A stretch of DNA of 64,000 bases, taken from NCBI GenBank assembly GCA_963728565.1, contig CAVSLC010000005.1:32001-96000 (forward strand), given 5' to 3'. Position 1 is the first letter of the stretch. Every line of letters starts with the position of its first letter. The notes under the pieces were generated by a model that worked only from the letters and a program-made list of their open reading frames with translations, searched no databases and was not told where the DNA came from. The position numbers were made by a program, and so were the translations under genes. Shown here in pieces: positions 42,120 through 53,286 of the stretch. This DNA comes from an uncultured delta proteobacterium (lineage in GTDB: Bacteria; Desulfobacterota; Binatia; UBA9968).

Positions 42120-43210
42120 GAGATGCGCTGGCGGTTGATAAATGGATTTTCTTCTCGGTTGTCGCGCTGATGGCGCTGGGGCTGACGATGGTCCTCAGCA
42201 CCAGCTATCTTTATGCTCAGGAGCGATTTGGTGACGGCATCTATTTCTTTCGCAAGCAGTTGATCGCCATGGGCGCTGGCCTGGTTGCCTTGGTCATCGG
42301 ATCGCTTATTCCGCCGGCGTTGTTGCGCCGTCTCGCCTATCCCTTGCTGGCAGTGACTCTTATTGTCTTGATTCTGGTTTTGATTCCAGGGGTCGGCGCT
42401 ATGCGCGGCGGCGCCCGACGCTGGCTGACGCTCCCAGGTTTCGCATTTCAGCCGGGGGAGCTGGCAAAGCTCGCCCTGGTTTTTTATCTGGCCCATTCAA
42501 TGGCGCGCAAGCAAGAAAAGATCAAAACCTTCGCCGTTGGTGTCCTGCCGCATCTGATTGTCGCCGGCGCTGTTCTCGGGCTTCTTTTGTTGCAGCCGGA
42601 TTTCGGCACGGCTTTGATTCTGACAGTCGTGCTCTATCTGCTGTTGTTCGTCGGCGGCGCGCGCATCCCGCATCTCTTAGGCACCGGTGCGTTGGCGCTT
42701 CCGGTGTTGGCTTATGTGATGTTGACCGCGGAATACCGTTTGCGCCGCTTGATGACTTTCATGGATCCGTGGCGCGACGCGTCCAGCAGTGGTTTCCAAG
42801 TCATTCAATCGCTCATCGCCTTCGGTTCCGGTCAGCTTTGGGGCCGGGGACTCGGGGAAAGCCGGCAAAAACTTTTTTATCTACCGGAGGCGCATACCGA
42901 TTTCGTGTATTCAGTCATTGGCGAGGAGATGGGGCTGCTTGGCGCGCTGGCTGTCTTGGCTCTTTTCGGCATCATTCTCATGCGCGGCCTGCGCCTGACG
43001 TCGAAAATCGAGGAGCCGTTCGAGCAGTATTTGGCCTTCGGCTTAACCGTCCTGTTGGGCATGCAAGGTCTGATTCACATGGGCGTGGTCATGGGGCTTA
43101 TGCCCACCAAGGGTCTGGTGTTGCCATTTATCAGTTATGGCGGGTCGGCCATTGTCGTCAATCTGGCGGAGGTGGGACTACTGCTGGGACTCTCGCGCAG
43201 GAGATTATAG
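42116..43210 (+). CDS. ftsW: SEDS peptidoglycan polymerase FtsW
   Basis: GARRW, QPGELAK, QPDFG, LPEAHTDF and PFISYGGS. Confidence 0.95.
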   Translation: MRDALAVDKWIFFSVVALMALGLTMVLSTSYLYAQERFGDGIYFFRKQLIAMGAGLVALVIGSLIPPALLRRLAYPLLAVTLIVLILVLIPGVGAMRGGARRWLTLPGFAFQPGELAKLALVFYLAHSMARKQEKIKTFAVGVLPHLIVAGAVLGLLLLQPDFGTALILTVVLYLLLFVGGARIPHLLGTGALALPVLAYVMLTAEYRLRRLMTFMDPWRDASSSGFQVIQSLIAFGSGQLWGRGLGESRQKLFYLPEAHTDFVYSVIGEEMGLLGALAVLALFGIILMRGLRLTSKIEEPFEQYLAFGLTVLLGMQGLIHMGVVMGLMPTKGLVLPFISYGGSAIVVNLAEVGLLLGLSRRRL

Positions 43211-44278
43211 ATGCGCGTTATTTTGGCCGGCGGGGGAACCGGCGGTCATCTGTTCCCGGGGCTGGCGGTAGCCCGTGAGTTTCAACGACGTGATGCAATG
43301 ACGGAAATCTTGTTTGTCGGTACCGAAAGGGGGATCGAAGCGCGAGTGCTGCCGCATGAGGGCTTCCGTCTTGAAACGATAGATGTGAAAGGACTTAAAG
43401 GTCGGGGTGTTCGCGGCCTGTTGGACGCATTGTACGGGATTCCCGCCGGGCTCCTGCAATCGCTCGGAATCGTCAGGCGCTTTCGACCCGACTGCATTCT
43501 CGGCCTCGGCGGATATGCATCCGGACCGCTGCTGCTGGCGGCGAAGTTGCGGGGTATCCGCTGCGCTATCATGGAACAAAACCTTCAACCGGGCTTTACC
43601 AATAAGATGCTGGCGCGCTTTGTCGATAGGATTTTTACTTCATACCGCGAGACGGCCTGCTACTTGCCAAGCAAAAAGGTGCTCGAGACAGGAAATCCAG
43701 TGCGTTGGCAGAGGCTGCCGGATGCAGCCAAAGGTGAGAAGTTCACCCTGTTGATATTCGGCGGAAGCGCCGGCGCGCACCGCATCAATATGGCTGTCCT
43801 CGATGCGCTTGAGCAGATGACGGAGTTGGCGTCGCAGCTCCGAATTGTTCATCAGACTGGCGCCGCGGATTTTTCCGCAATCAGCAAAGCCTATCAAGCT
43901 TTACCGTTTGACGCGGAGGCGCTGCCGTTTATCGACAGAATGGACGATGCTTATGCGCGCGCCGATCTCGTGCTGTGCCGAGCCGGCGCTACAACAGTGG
44001 CGGAGCTCACGGCGTTCGGCAAAGCGGCGATTCTAATCCCCTACCCATACGCGATTTATGATCACCAACGCTGGAATGCTCAAGCGCTCGCTGCCAAAGG
44101 AGCTGCCGAGGTGATTCTCGATCAGGAATTGAATGGCGCAGAACTGGCTGTGCGTCTGCGGGGTTATCTGGCGGATCGGAAAAAAATCGAAGCCATGGCA
44201 AGAGCGGCGCTCGCCATGGGCAGGCCGGAAGCCGCGGCGCGCATTGTCGATGAGTGTTACGCATTGGCGCAGGTTTAA
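43211..44278 (+). CDS. murG: Lipid II GlcNAc transferase
   Basis: GGGTGGHLFP, GGY, EQN, GNPVR, GGSAGA and RAGATT. Confidence 0.96.
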   Translation: MRVILAGGGTGGHLFPGLAVAREFQRRDAMTEILFVGTERGIEARVLPHEGFRLETIDVKGLKGRGVRGLLDALYGIPAGLLQSLGIVRRFRPDCILGLGGYASGPLLLAAKLRGIRCAIMEQNLQPGFTNKMLARFVDRIFTSYRETACYLPSKKVLETGNPVRWQRLPDAAKGEKFTLLIFGGSAGAHRINMAVLDALEQMTELASQLRIVHQTGAADFSAISKAYQALPFDAEALPFIDRMDDAYARADLVLCRAGATTVAELTAFGKAAILIPYPYAIYDHQRWNAQALAAKGAAEVILDQELNGAELAVRLRGYLADRKKIEAMARAALAMGRPEAAARIVDECYALAQV

Positions 44279-44294
44279 GAGTGATCAACGTTTC

Positions 44295-45665
44295 ATGTTG
44301 CACAAGAAGCATCGAGTTCATTTTGTCGGGATTGGCGGCATCGGCATGAGCGGCATCGCTGAGGTGCTCTTGAACTCAGGATACGTGGTGAGCGGTTCGG
44401 ATCTGCACGACAGCGAAGCGATCCGACGGCTGCGCAATCTGGGCGCGCAGATTTTCGTCGGCCATCAGGAAGAAAACTTGACAGTGAATCCTTCCGTGGT
44501 GGTGATCTCGACGGCGGTTAAGTACTCGAACCCGGAAGTACTGGAGGCGCGCCGCCGGCAGATCCCGGTAATTCCCAGAGCGGAAATGCTCGCCGAGTTG
44601 ATGCGCATGAAGTACGGCATCGCAGTGGCCGGCAGCCACGGAAAAACGACCACAACTTCGATGACGGCTGCGGTTTTGAGCCTTGCGGGGCTCGATCCGA
44701 CGATGGTCATCGGCGGCCGCGTTCATATGCTCGGCACCAACGCCAAGATGGGCCAAGGCGAGATCCTGGTTGCCGAAGCCGACGAGAGTGACGGCAGTTT
44801 CTTGCTGCTGACGCCGACCATCGCCGTCGTCACCAACATCGACCGCGAGCATATGGATTTTCACCAGACGATGGACCGACTGAATGAAAGTTTCCTGACA
44901 TTTGTCAACAAGGTTCCTTTCTACGGGCTGGCCGTGTTGTGTATCGATAATCCCAACGTGCGTGCCTTGTTCCCCAAGGTGCGCAAACGTTTCGCCACTT
45001 ACGGACTTTCGCCGGAGGCCGATTTTTCCGTTGAGGATTTGCAGATGAAAGCGGGTGGCGTGGAATTCACTGTACTGCATCACGGCAAATCACTGGGGCA
45101 GCTGAAATTGCAGCTTCCCGGGCGTTACAGCGCCACCAATGCGCTTGCCGCCGTCGCTGTCGCTCATGAGTTGGAGATCCCTTTTTGCCGTACTGCCGAG
45201 GCACTTGCGGCATTCAACGGCATCCATCGCCGTTTCGAGATTAAAGGGCAAATTCGCGATGTCCTGGTGATCGACGATTACGGCCATCACCCTGTGGAAG
45301 TGCGCGCGACCATTAGCGCGATTCGGGAAAGTTGGAAGCGCCCCTTGACCGTGATCTTTCAACCGCACCGCTACAGTCGGACCCAGGACCTCTTTGACGA
45401 CTTTCTGATGGCCTTCGAAGGCGCTGACCGTTTGGTCCTGACCGAAATTTACGGGGCCGGAGAGGATCCCATCCCGGGGGTTACCGGGGAAGCCCTCTAC
45501 CAGGCCATCAAGCGCCAGGGGCATATGGATGTTGAATTCATCGCCGACAAGACGAGCATTGCACCGCAATTGGCCGGGCAATTGGTGGCCGGGGATGTCG
45601 TCCTGACTCTGGGGGCCGGAGATATTTATAAAGTTGGAGAAAGCATCGTCGCGGCTTTGGCATGA
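44295..45665 (+). CDS. murC: UDP-MurNAc--L-alanine ligase
   Basis: HFVGIGGIGMSG, GSHGKTTTT, EADESD, DDYGHHP and FQPHRYSRT. Confidence 0.96.
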   Translation: MLHKKHRVHFVGIGGIGMSGIAEVLLNSGYVVSGSDLHDSEAIRRLRNLGAQIFVGHQEENLTVNPSVVVISTAVKYSNPEVLEARRRQIPVIPRAEMLAELMRMKYGIAVAGSHGKTTTTSMTAAVLSLAGLDPTMVIGGRVHMLGTNAKMGQGEILVAEADESDGSFLLLTPTIAVVTNIDREHMDFHQTMDRLNESFLTFVNKVPFYGLAVLCIDNPNVRALFPKVRKRFATYGLSPEADFSVEDLQMKAGGVEFTVLHHGKSLGQLKLQLPGRYSATNALAAVAVAHELEIPFCRTAEALAAFNGIHRRFEIKGQIRDVLVIDDYGHHPVEVRATISAIRESWKRPLTVIFQPHRYSRTQDLFDDFLMAFEGADRLVLTEIYGAGEDPIPGVTGEALYQAIKRQGHMDVEFIADKTSIAPQLAGQLVAGDVVLTLGAGDIYKVGESIVAALA

Positions 45666-45755
45666 ACGGCAACTAACGCCTCGGAAGCATAATCGGTTCG
45701 GGAGCTGTTTAAGATTGAAAGCTGCAGCGCATCGAAAGCTCTTGTGATGTTTGCA

Positions 45756-46707
45756 ATGAATCCGAACTCGCACGAAACAGGCTTGGTGCAGGAACTCCAA
45801 TCGATCTCCGGTCTGAGGGTTAAAGTTTCAGAACCGCTGGCCCGTTACACATCCATCAAAGTAGGCGGCCCGGCGGATTATTTCATCGATGTAGAAAGCG
45901 AAAGCGCTTTGGCGCAACTGCTGTCGTTGTTGAGCTTGCGGGGCATGCCGTTCTGTCTCCTGGGCAATGGCAGCAACGTGTTGATCAGCGATTTCGGTGT
46001 TGAAGGCGTGCTGATTCATCTGGTCGGCGATTTCAAACATGTCGAGTGGCACGAACAGGCAAACGAGTCATGGGTGGAAGCGGGCGCGGCCCAAGCGGTG
46101 ACGCAATTGGTGCGGCAGGCGGCCCGGCGCGGTTACGGCGGTCTGGAGTTCGCCGAGGGGATTCCGGGCAGCGTCGGAGGCGCGCTGGTCATGAACGCGG
46201 GAGCGTATGGGTCGGAATTCGAGAAAGTGGTCGACACTGTTTACGGTATGACGCGGCAAGGAAGTCCGCTTCAATTTAATCGAGAACAGATGAGATTCAC
46301 CTATCGTGACTCACATTTGCCACCAGGAACCGTTGTCACCCGCGTGCGTTTGTCCGTGCATCGGCAAGAATCGTCCAAAGTCAGCATGAAAGTTCGTGAG
46401 CTGGTGACCAAGAGAAAGAGCAGCCAACCTTCGGGTTACCCGAATTCCGGCTCAATGTTTCGCAATCCGGCGGACGATTACGCCGGGAGATTAGTCGAGG
46501 CTGCCGGGCTTAAAGGGAAACAAATCGGGCTGCGCACAAATTTCCCCAAAGCACGGCAATTTCATTGTCAATCTAGGCGGCGCCAGCGCTGACGATGTGC
46601 GTCGACTGATGGAGCTGGCGCGCGCTGAAGTTGCTGCGCAGTTCGGCGTTGTCTTAAATCCCGAAGTGAAGCTGATCGGCAGGTGGCCGTCGGCCAAAGC
46701 GGAGTAA
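45756..46707 (+). CDS. murB: UDP-N-acetylenolpyruvoylglucosamine reductase; frameshift near 46530
   Basis: VGGPAD, GNGSN, GIPGSVGGA..MNAGAYG, SGSMFRNP; continues SPKHGNFIVNLG...PEVKLIG in the adjacent frame. Confidence 0.93.
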
Positions 46708-46712
46708 ACGCG

Positions 46713-47528
46713 ATGCAGTTGGCAGTTTCTCGAAAAGACAATCGCAAAAAAGATAGATTTCCATGGCGCCGCCGGCTCGCGACCCTCGGGATTCTGGTGA
46801 TCTTCGCCGGCGCCGTTTGGATCCTGTATGGGTGGCGCGAACAGGTCGTTTCAGCGTCTGTGGCGGCGCGGCGGTTTATCTTCGAAAACCCTTACTTCGC
46901 CGTGCGCGAAATTCAAGTTCGAGGCGCCGACAAGGTGCGCGGCAATGAGATCATTTCCATCGCCGGATTGCGCCATGGGATGAATCTTTGGAACATCGAG
47001 CCGGAAAAAATCGAGAAGAAGGTTTCCAGGCATCCTTGGGTGCGGAGGGTATTGGTTCGGCGCGAATTCCCCCGCCGTGTTGTCATCGAAGTGGAGGAGC
47101 GTCGACCCAAGGCGATCGTGGCGGTCGGCAAACTTTACTATGTCGATGCCGATGGAGTTCTCTTTAAAGAAGTAGCGCAAGGAGAAAATGTCAGATTCCC
47201 CATGCTAACCGGCATTCGGACCGAAGAACTCGGATCGTCCGATCCCGCCGTAAAGCGAAGAATACAGGATGCCCTTCGACTGGGCGATCTGATGGCGAAG
47301 GATTCACACGCGCTGTCCGAGATCCACTTTGATGCGCCGGATCGTTTGGTGGTCTACACGATCGCTCATCCGGTGGCCATTCACATGGGGTGGGGCGATT
47401 GGGAAAGGAAGCTTCAACGTTTGGATCGCGTGATGACATTGTGGCGGGGAAAAGAGGAAAGGCTCGGCTCCTTGGATGTGAGTTTCCAGGACCAAGTGGT
47501 AACGCGGTTGCGGCGCCTGCCGCAGTAA
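46713..47528 (+). CDS. ftsQ: Cell division protein FtsQ/DivIB
   Basis: N-terminal TM; POTRA region HPWVRRVLVRREFP..VIEVEER; precedes ftsA. Confidence 0.9.
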   Translation: MQLAVSRKDNRKKDRFPWRRRLATLGILVIFAGAVWILYGWREQVVSASVAARRFIFENPYFAVREIQVRGADKVRGNEIISIAGLRHGMNLWNIEPEKIEKKVSRHPWVRRVLVRREFPRRVVIEVEERRPKAIVAVGKLYYVDADGVLFKEVAQGENVRFPMLTGIRTEELGSSDPAVKRRIQDALRLGDLMAKDSHALSEIHFDAPDRLVVYTIAHPVAIHMGWGDWERKLQRLDRVMTLWRGKEERLGSLDVSFQDQVVTRLRRLPQ

Positions 47529-47553
47529 CGAAAGAAAATTCGGCAAGACAGGT

Positions 47554-48783
47554 ATGGCAAAGAAACACAGCATCATTGTGGGATTGGACATTGGTACGTC
47601 CAAGGTCTGCAGCGCCGTCGGTGAAATGACCGAGCATGGCGTGGAAATCATTGGAATCGGCTCTCATGGCTCCTCGGGGATGCGCAAGGGGGTTGTCATC
47701 AATATCGACAACACCGTGGCATCGATCAAGAAGGCTGTTGAAGAAGCGGCATTAATGGCCGGGTGTGAAATTAATACCGTTTTTACCGGGATCGCTGGAA
47801 GTCACATCAAAGCCTTCAACAGCCACGGCGTGGTTGCGGTCAAGACCCGAGAAGTCAGTCAGAGAGACCTGGACCGGGTGCTGGACGCGGCCAAAGCGGT
47901 GGCGATTCCAACCGATCAGGAGGTAGTCCATGTTTTGCCTCAGGATTACATTATCGACGATCAAGACGGTATCAAAGATCCACTGGGAATGTCCGGGGTT
48001 AGACTCGAAGCCAGAGTTCACATTGTCACCGGAGCGACTACAGCCATGCAAAATATCGTCAAGTGCTGTAACCGTTCGGGGCTTCATGTTGCCGACGTCG
48101 CATTGATGCCCTTGGCATGCGCGGATGCGGTACTCACCGATGACGAGAAGGATCTCGGTGTTGCCTTGGCGGATATGGGAAGCGGCACGACGGATATCAC
48201 GATTTTTCACGATGGCGCGGTCAAACACACAGCCGTTCTGCCGATCGGCGGGAATCATGTCACCAACGATATCGCCGCCGGTCTTAGAACTCCTTTCGCG
48301 GATGCGGAGCGCATCAAGTTGCGCTACGGCTGCGCCAAAGCATCCATGGTCGCTGAACAGGCGCGATTGGAAGTTCCCAGCTCTGCCGGTAAGCCGCAGC
48401 GGTCCGTCTCGCGGCAAATCTTGTGTGAGATCATTGAGCCGCGAATGGACGAGGTCTTTCAGTTGATCCGCAGGGAGATCCTGAAATCCGGCTACGAAGA
48501 CTATCTCGGCTCAGGTGTGGTGATGACGGGCGGATCGATGCTCCTGCCCGGAGCCCTCGAAGCGGCCGAAGTTGCCATCGGGTGCCCGGTACGGCTGGGA
48601 ACGCCGCGGCATGTCGGCGGTTTGGTCGACGTTATCGCAAATCCGGTTTACTCCAGCGCCATCGGCCTGGTTCTCTATGGCATCAAGCGTCAGGAGCGCA
48701 GTTTCTTCCGTGTGCGAGAGGATGCCACCATCCTAGCAAAGGTAAAGCATCGAATGTCGGATTGGCTCAGTGATTTTTTCTGA
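47554..48783 (+). CDS. ftsA: Cell division protein FtsA
   Basis: [32 protein letters not shown] and VMTGG. Confidence 0.96.
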   Translation: MAKKHSIIVGLDIGTSKVCSAVGEMTEHGVEIIGIGSHGSSGMRKGVVINIDNTVASIKKAVEEAALMAGCEINTVFTGIAGSHIKAFNSHGVVAVKTREVSQRDLDRVLDAAKAVAIPTDQEVVHVLPQDYIIDDQDGIKDPLGMSGVRLEARVHIVTGATTAMQNIVKCCNRSGLHVADVALMPLACADAVLTDDEKDLGVALADMGSGTTDITIFHDGAVKHTAVLPIGGNHVTNDIAAGLRTPFADAERIKLRYGCAKASMVAEQARLEVPSSAGKPQRSVSRQILCEIIEPRMDEVFQLIRREILKSGYEDYLGSGVVMTGGSMLLPGALEAAEVAIGCPVRLGTPRHVGGLVDVIANPVYSSAIGLVLYGIKRQERSFFRVREDATILAKVKHRMSDWLSDFF

Positions 48784-48827
48784 AACAGCAACAGATCTTA
48801 TTAACGGTATTAGAAGGAGGAAGGCTT

Positions 48828-50093
48828 ATGTTTGAATTTGTCGAGGAGTTTAATCTGAACGCCCGTATCAAGGTCATCGGCATCGGTGGCGGCGGTGGTA
48901 ATGCGGTGAACACGATGATTGGCGGTAAGCTGAACGGCGTCGAGTTTTTGGTGGCAAACACCGACGCGCAATCGCTGGATGCCAGTCGCGCACCCGTACG
49001 AATCCAGCTGGGTGGGGCGGTGACCAAAGGACTTGGAGCCGGCGCCAATCCCGAAATCGGCCGGCGCGCGGCTTTGGAGGATCAGGAGACCATCAAAGAG
49101 TACTTAGCCGGTTCCGATATGATTTTTATCACCGCCGGCATGGGTGGTGGAACGGGAACCGGAGGGGCGCCGGTGATCGCCAGGGTCGCGCGAGAAGTCG
49201 GCGCGTTGACTGTGGGTGTGGTCACGAAGCCCTTCATATTCGAAGGTAAGAAGCGGATGCGGCAGGCAGAAGAGGGCATCGCAGAGCTCAAGAGCAGCGT
49301 CGACACCCTGATCGTTATCCCAAATCAAAGGTTGCTGAGCATCGCCGCCAAAACAACAACGATGTTGGAAGCGTTCCATAAGGCGGACGAAGTGCTGCTT
49401 CAAGCAGTCAGAGGGATCTCTGATCTGATCATCACGCCGGGCTTGATCAATCTTGATTTCGCCGATGTCAGGACGGTCATGGCGGAGATGGGCTTGGCGC
49501 TAATGGGCGCTTCAACCGCCACCGGGGAGAATCGCGCTATCGAAGCGGCGCAGCGAGCAATATCGAGTCCGCTGCTCGAAGACATTTCGATTCAAGGCGC
49601 GCGCGGCGTTCTGATCAACATCACCGGCGGGCCCGATCTCTGTCTGCATGAAGTGAACGAGGCGGCTTCAATGATTCAGGAAGAGGCTCACGATGAGGCG
49701 AATATCATTTTCGGCGCGGTTATAGACGAAACCATGCTTGATGAAATCCGCATCACGGTGATTGCAACGGGTTTTGGAGAAGGCAAGGACGACCGCAAAC
49801 CGGTTATCACAAGTTCCGGCCATGTCTCTTCCATGAACGCCTTGAACACCATGAATCACGTGGCCAACAGTGTGCCTAGTGCGGCAAACGTCAATCCGAT
49901 CAAGAATAAGAAAGTCGTGCATCTCGGGACAATCGTTGACGATCTCGACGCGCCCACATGGCAGCGCAAGAAGCCCGGCAGCGAGGAAGTAGAAACGGTG
50001 ACGCTGAGCAAGAGCACTTTGCAGTTGAGCACCGGGCAAGAGGAAGATGACAAGTATGACATTCCGACGTTTTTGAGACGGCAGATGGACTGA
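48828..50093 (+). CDS. ftsZ: Cell division protein FtsZ
   Basis: [24 protein letters not shown] and C-terminal DIPTFLR. Confidence 0.98.
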   Translation: MFEFVEEFNLNARIKVIGIGGGGGNAVNTMIGGKLNGVEFLVANTDAQSLDASRAPVRIQLGGAVTKGLGAGANPEIGRRAALEDQETIKEYLAGSDMIFITAGMGGGTGTGGAPVIARVAREVGALTVGVVTKPFIFEGKKRMRQAEEGIAELKSSVDTLIVIPNQRLLSIAAKTTTMLEAFHKADEVLLQAVRGISDLIITPGLINLDFADVRTVMAEMGLALMGASTATGENRAIEAAQRAISSPLLEDISIQGARGVLINITGGPDLCLHEVNEAASMIQEEAHDEANIIFGAVIDETMLDEIRITVIATGFGEGKDDRKPVITSSGHVSSMNALNTMNHVANSVPSAANVNPIKNKKVVHLGTIVDDLDAPTWQRKKPGSEEVETVTLSKSTLQLSTGQEEDDKYDIPTFLRRQMD

Positions 50094-50388
50094 ACGGGAT
50101 CCATTTCGTAGGGCCGTTACAAGCTAAGTTCTAATCTCCTATGATGCGGTTCCGCTCGGCGAATGGATATTTTTCCGATCTCGAGCGGCATCCGGTGAAC
50201 GCCTTGTAACTGGACGGGCGCTGTGTGGGGACGTTGCAGTGATAAAGTCCGACACTTAAAAATGTGCCGGTTCTCGCGGGTGCTCTCGCGTTGGCAGGAA
50301 CTTCTCAGCGTTTCTGACACTTGGTCTTGAAACATTGAATGCGCGGCGGCCGATCTCGCCGAGCGCTTTACCGCGCTGGTTGGTTGAT

Positions 50389-51474
50389 TTAGACGCTGGT
50401 TCGAAGACGTTGCTCCCGCCGGAAACGCTGCAGAGCAAGTTGGATGAGCCGGTCGATCAGCTTGGGGTAGGGAATCCCGCTTGCTTCCCACATCTTCGGA
50501 TACATACTTATTTGCGTGAAACCAGGGATTGTGTTGATCTCGTTGACCAGAACCTGACCGTCGTTCTTAACGAAAAAATCGACCCGCGCCATTCCTTCGC
50601 AGCACAGTGTTTTGTAGGTGGTAATTGCGATCTCCTGGACGGATTTGACGGTCGCTCTGGGTAATTTGGCGGGGATCTCCAAGCGCGACCCCTGGTCGTC
50701 GATATATTTTGCTTCATAGGAATAAAAATTATGACCCGTGACGATCTCTCCCGGCAACGATGCGATCGGATCATCGTTACCCAAAACCGAACATTCGATC
50801 TCGCGACCTTCGATGAATTCTTCGATCAGGATTTTATTGTCAAAGCGGAATGCTTTCTTTACTGCTGCTTCCAGTTCCGGCCTGCTCGCTACTTTGCTGA
50901 TTCCAACGGACGAGCCGAGATTGGCGGGTTTGACGAACAGCGGCTGGCCGAGCGTTTTTTTGATGCGGGAAAATTGGATCCGATCCGCGGTACTGCGGTC
51001 ATAGGCATGAAATCGGCCGACCGGGATGCTCGCATCGCGGAGCAGCCGCTTCATGACATCTTTATCCATGCCGATTGCGGATCCCAGGACGCTTGCTCCG
51101 ACAAACGGCAGGTTGGCCAGCTTGAGCAGGCCCTGAACCGTTCCGTCTTCGCCGAAAGGGCCGTGAAGGACCGGAAACACGACGTCGACCCCCAGACTAG
51201 CACCGCCCAGTGGAACTAAACTGGATTGTTTAGCGCCCGGCAAAATCGCGGTCAACTGCGAATCATCAAATGGCATGACTCGCTTCTGCCCGTTACGCAA
51301 CAGACGAGCGCCTTTGTCGTAGGACCAACGGCCTTGATTGTCGATGCCGATGGCGATGACCTCATACTTGCTCTTATCCATTGCCGCGACGATATTGCGC
51401 GCAGAAATTAGCGAAATTTCGTGCTCGGCAGATCGGCCGCCGAAGAGAATGGCAACCCGCAACTTATTTTTCAT
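50389..51474 (-). CDS. ddl: D-alanine--D-alanine ligase (DdlA-type)
   Basis: GGRSAEHEIS, LHGPFGEDG, KPANLGSSVG, YEAKY and NEINTIPGFT. Confidence 0.95.
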   Translation of the reverse strand: MKNKLRVAILFGGRSAEHEISLISARNIVAAMDKSKYEVIAIGIDNQGRWSYDKGARLLRNGQKRVMPFDDSQLTAILPGAKQSSLVPLGGASLGVDVVFPVLHGPFGEDGTVQGLLKLANLPFVGASVLGSAIGMDKDVMKRLLRDASIPVGRFHAYDRSTADRIQFSRIKKTLGQPLFVKPANLGSSVGISKVASRPELEAAVKKAFRFDNKILIEEFIEGREIECSVLGNDDPIASLPGEIVTGHNFYSYEAKYIDDQGSRLEIPAKLPRATVKSVQEIAITTYKTLCCEGMARVDFFVKNDGQVLVNEINTIPGFTQISMYPKMWEASGIPYPKLIDRLIQLALQRFRREQRLRTSV

Positions 51475-51541
51475 GAAGAATTAGGTGCAGAAGCGAGCCC
51501 CACTATGTGACCCGCATCGACGTGATGGAAAGCTGGACGAC

Positions 51542-52720
51542 TTATGACTTTTTAGCTTGGGGGGCCTGCTGCTCGATGACTTTGACCACTTTCCCGGGAT
51601 AGTTTCTCTTCTCGAATTGAAGGACAAAGTACTTGGCTTTCACGGGGTCGCCTTTGTTGTCGAAACTAATCTCACCGGTTACGCCTCTGAAATTCTTGAG
51701 CTTTCGAACCGCCGCAGAAACTTCCCCACGACTGGGTTTTTTCCCGCCGTTTGTTTTAAGCGTTTGTTCTACCGCCTTGATGCCGACTTGCGCCGCGTCA
51801 TATCCGTACATCGCGAAGGATTCGACTTCTTTGCCGAAGCGCTGCTTGAACTTCTTGGCGAAAGCGGCAGTCTCCGGATAGGCGTCCGGCGGCCCGGCGA
51901 CGGTTGTATAGTAGGATCCGGTTACATGCTGGCCGGCGATCTTAACCATCTCCGAGGAATCCAAACCATCAGGTCCCATGAACGCCGCCTTAACTCCCTT
52001 TTCGCGCATCTGTTTTAGCAGCAACCCACCCTGATGATAGATGCCACCGAAGTAGACCAAGTCCGGATTTTTCGCTTTCAATGGAATAATCATAGGGGCA
52101 AAATTCGCCCGCTCTTCAGTGCCGTCATAACCCAAGACGCTGAGCCCTAGTTTCTTTGCTTCGTTGCGGAAGTTGTCCGCTACGCCTTGCCCATAAAGGG
52201 TTTTGTCATGGATGATATAAACCGATTTGAGTTTTAGGTCCTGGGCGGCAAAGCGGGCGCCGACGGGTCCCTGAACATCATCGCGGCCGCAAACGCGATT
52301 GACATTGGCATAGCCGCGATCGGTAATCTCAGTTGCCGTGTTGGCCGGCGAGATCATTGCCAACATCGCGTCTTTGTAGACTTCGGAGGCAGGCAGCGCG
52401 ACCCCAGAATTGAAGTGGCCTACCAGCACAAGGACATCGGGATCGGCGACCAGGTTTCTTGCGTTGGCGACGCCGACTTCTGGTTTGGCTTGGTCATCGT
52501 AGGGAACAAACACAAGGTCGTACCCCAACGACTTGAATGATTTTGCCGCTTCTTCAACCGCCAGCTGGGCACCGAGCTTGATGTGCTCGCCCAGAGCGGC
52601 TTGTTCACCGGAGAGTGGCGCTTGAACGGCAATTTTGATCGTGCCCTTCTGGGCTGTAGCGGGAACCGGAATGCTCAAGAGCAGCAAGAACAACAGCAGT
52701 AAAGTTCGACGGGGAATCAC
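51542..52720 (-). CDS. Branched-chain amino acid ABC substrate-binding protein (LivK/LivJ-like), orphan
   Basis: Signal peptide; APLSG, DDQAKP, VGHFNSG, DDVQG, YGQG and GVTGEISFD. Confidence 0.88.
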   Translation of the reverse strand: MIPRRTLLLLFLLLLSIPVPATAQKGTIKIAVQAPLSGEQAALGEHIKLGAQLAVEEAAKSFKSLGYDLVFVPYDDQAKPEVGVANARNLVADPDVLVLVGHFNSGVALPASEVYKDAMLAMISPANTATEITDRGYANVNRVCGRDDVQGPVGARFAAQDLKLKSVYIIHDKTLYGQGVADNFRNEAKKLGLSVLGYDGTEERANFAPMIIPLKAKNPDLVYFGGIYHQGGLLLKQMREKGVKAAFMGPDGLDSSEMVKIAGQHVTGSYYTTVAGPPDAYPETAAFAKKFKQRFGKEVESFAMYGYDAAQVGIKAVEQTLKTNGGKKPSRGEVSAAVRKLKNFRGVTGEISFDNKGDPVKAKYFVLQFEKRNYPGKVVKVIEQQAPQAKKS

Positions 52721-52847
52721 AATCGTGTGTCCCTCCTTTTGGCGAAATTTACGCGATCAACGTGCGCCAGTCAATGCGAATCTCGGTTCGCGTTCCGGGG
52801 GGTCGGTGATTGACACTGGAAGAGGAGCGGGGTTAGTTTCAAGTTCC

Positions 52848-53243
52848 ATGATTATCAGCGTTGGCATTGACTTGGTTGAAGTGGAACGGATTCGCGCAGC
52901 CTTGGAACACCCTCGGATCGGTGTTCGATTTCGCGAACGGGTCTATACGCCGCGGGAAATTGCTTATTGCGAGAGACGCCAACGAGGCCGCTTCCAAAGT
53001 TACGCCGGCCGTTTCGCCGCCAAGGAAGCCGTCATGAAGGCGCTGGGTCGGGGCTGGGGAGCGCAGGTGCGTTGGCTCGATATCGAAGTTGCTCGGGCCA
53101 GCAGCGGCAAACCTGATATCGTCCTGCATAGTAAAACTGCGCAGCTAGCGGAAAAGCTCGGAATCCAACACTGGGCATTGTCGATTACCCATACCGATCA
53201 ACACGGCATGGCGTATGTCATCGCTCAGGATGAGCGAAGCTAA
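52848..53243 (+). CDS. acpS: Holo-ACP synthase
   Basis: GIDLVEVERI, AGRFAAKEAVMKALG, GKP and LSITH. Confidence 0.93.
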   Translation: MIISVGIDLVEVERIRAALEHPRIGVRFRERVYTPREIAYCERRQRGRFQSYAGRFAAKEAVMKALGRGWGAQVRWLDIEVARASSGKPDIVLHSKTAQLAEKLGIQHWALSITHTDQHGMAYVIAQDERS

Positions 53244-53286
53244 TCGAAAGCCACCGAAGAACCGGCAAGCGCAACCATCAGGGGCC

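Noticed and set aside
46520-46545. Programmed frameshift in murB (or rsmH)
   Set aside because: No slippery heptamer or stimulatory structure; window-wide indels are a simpler explanation
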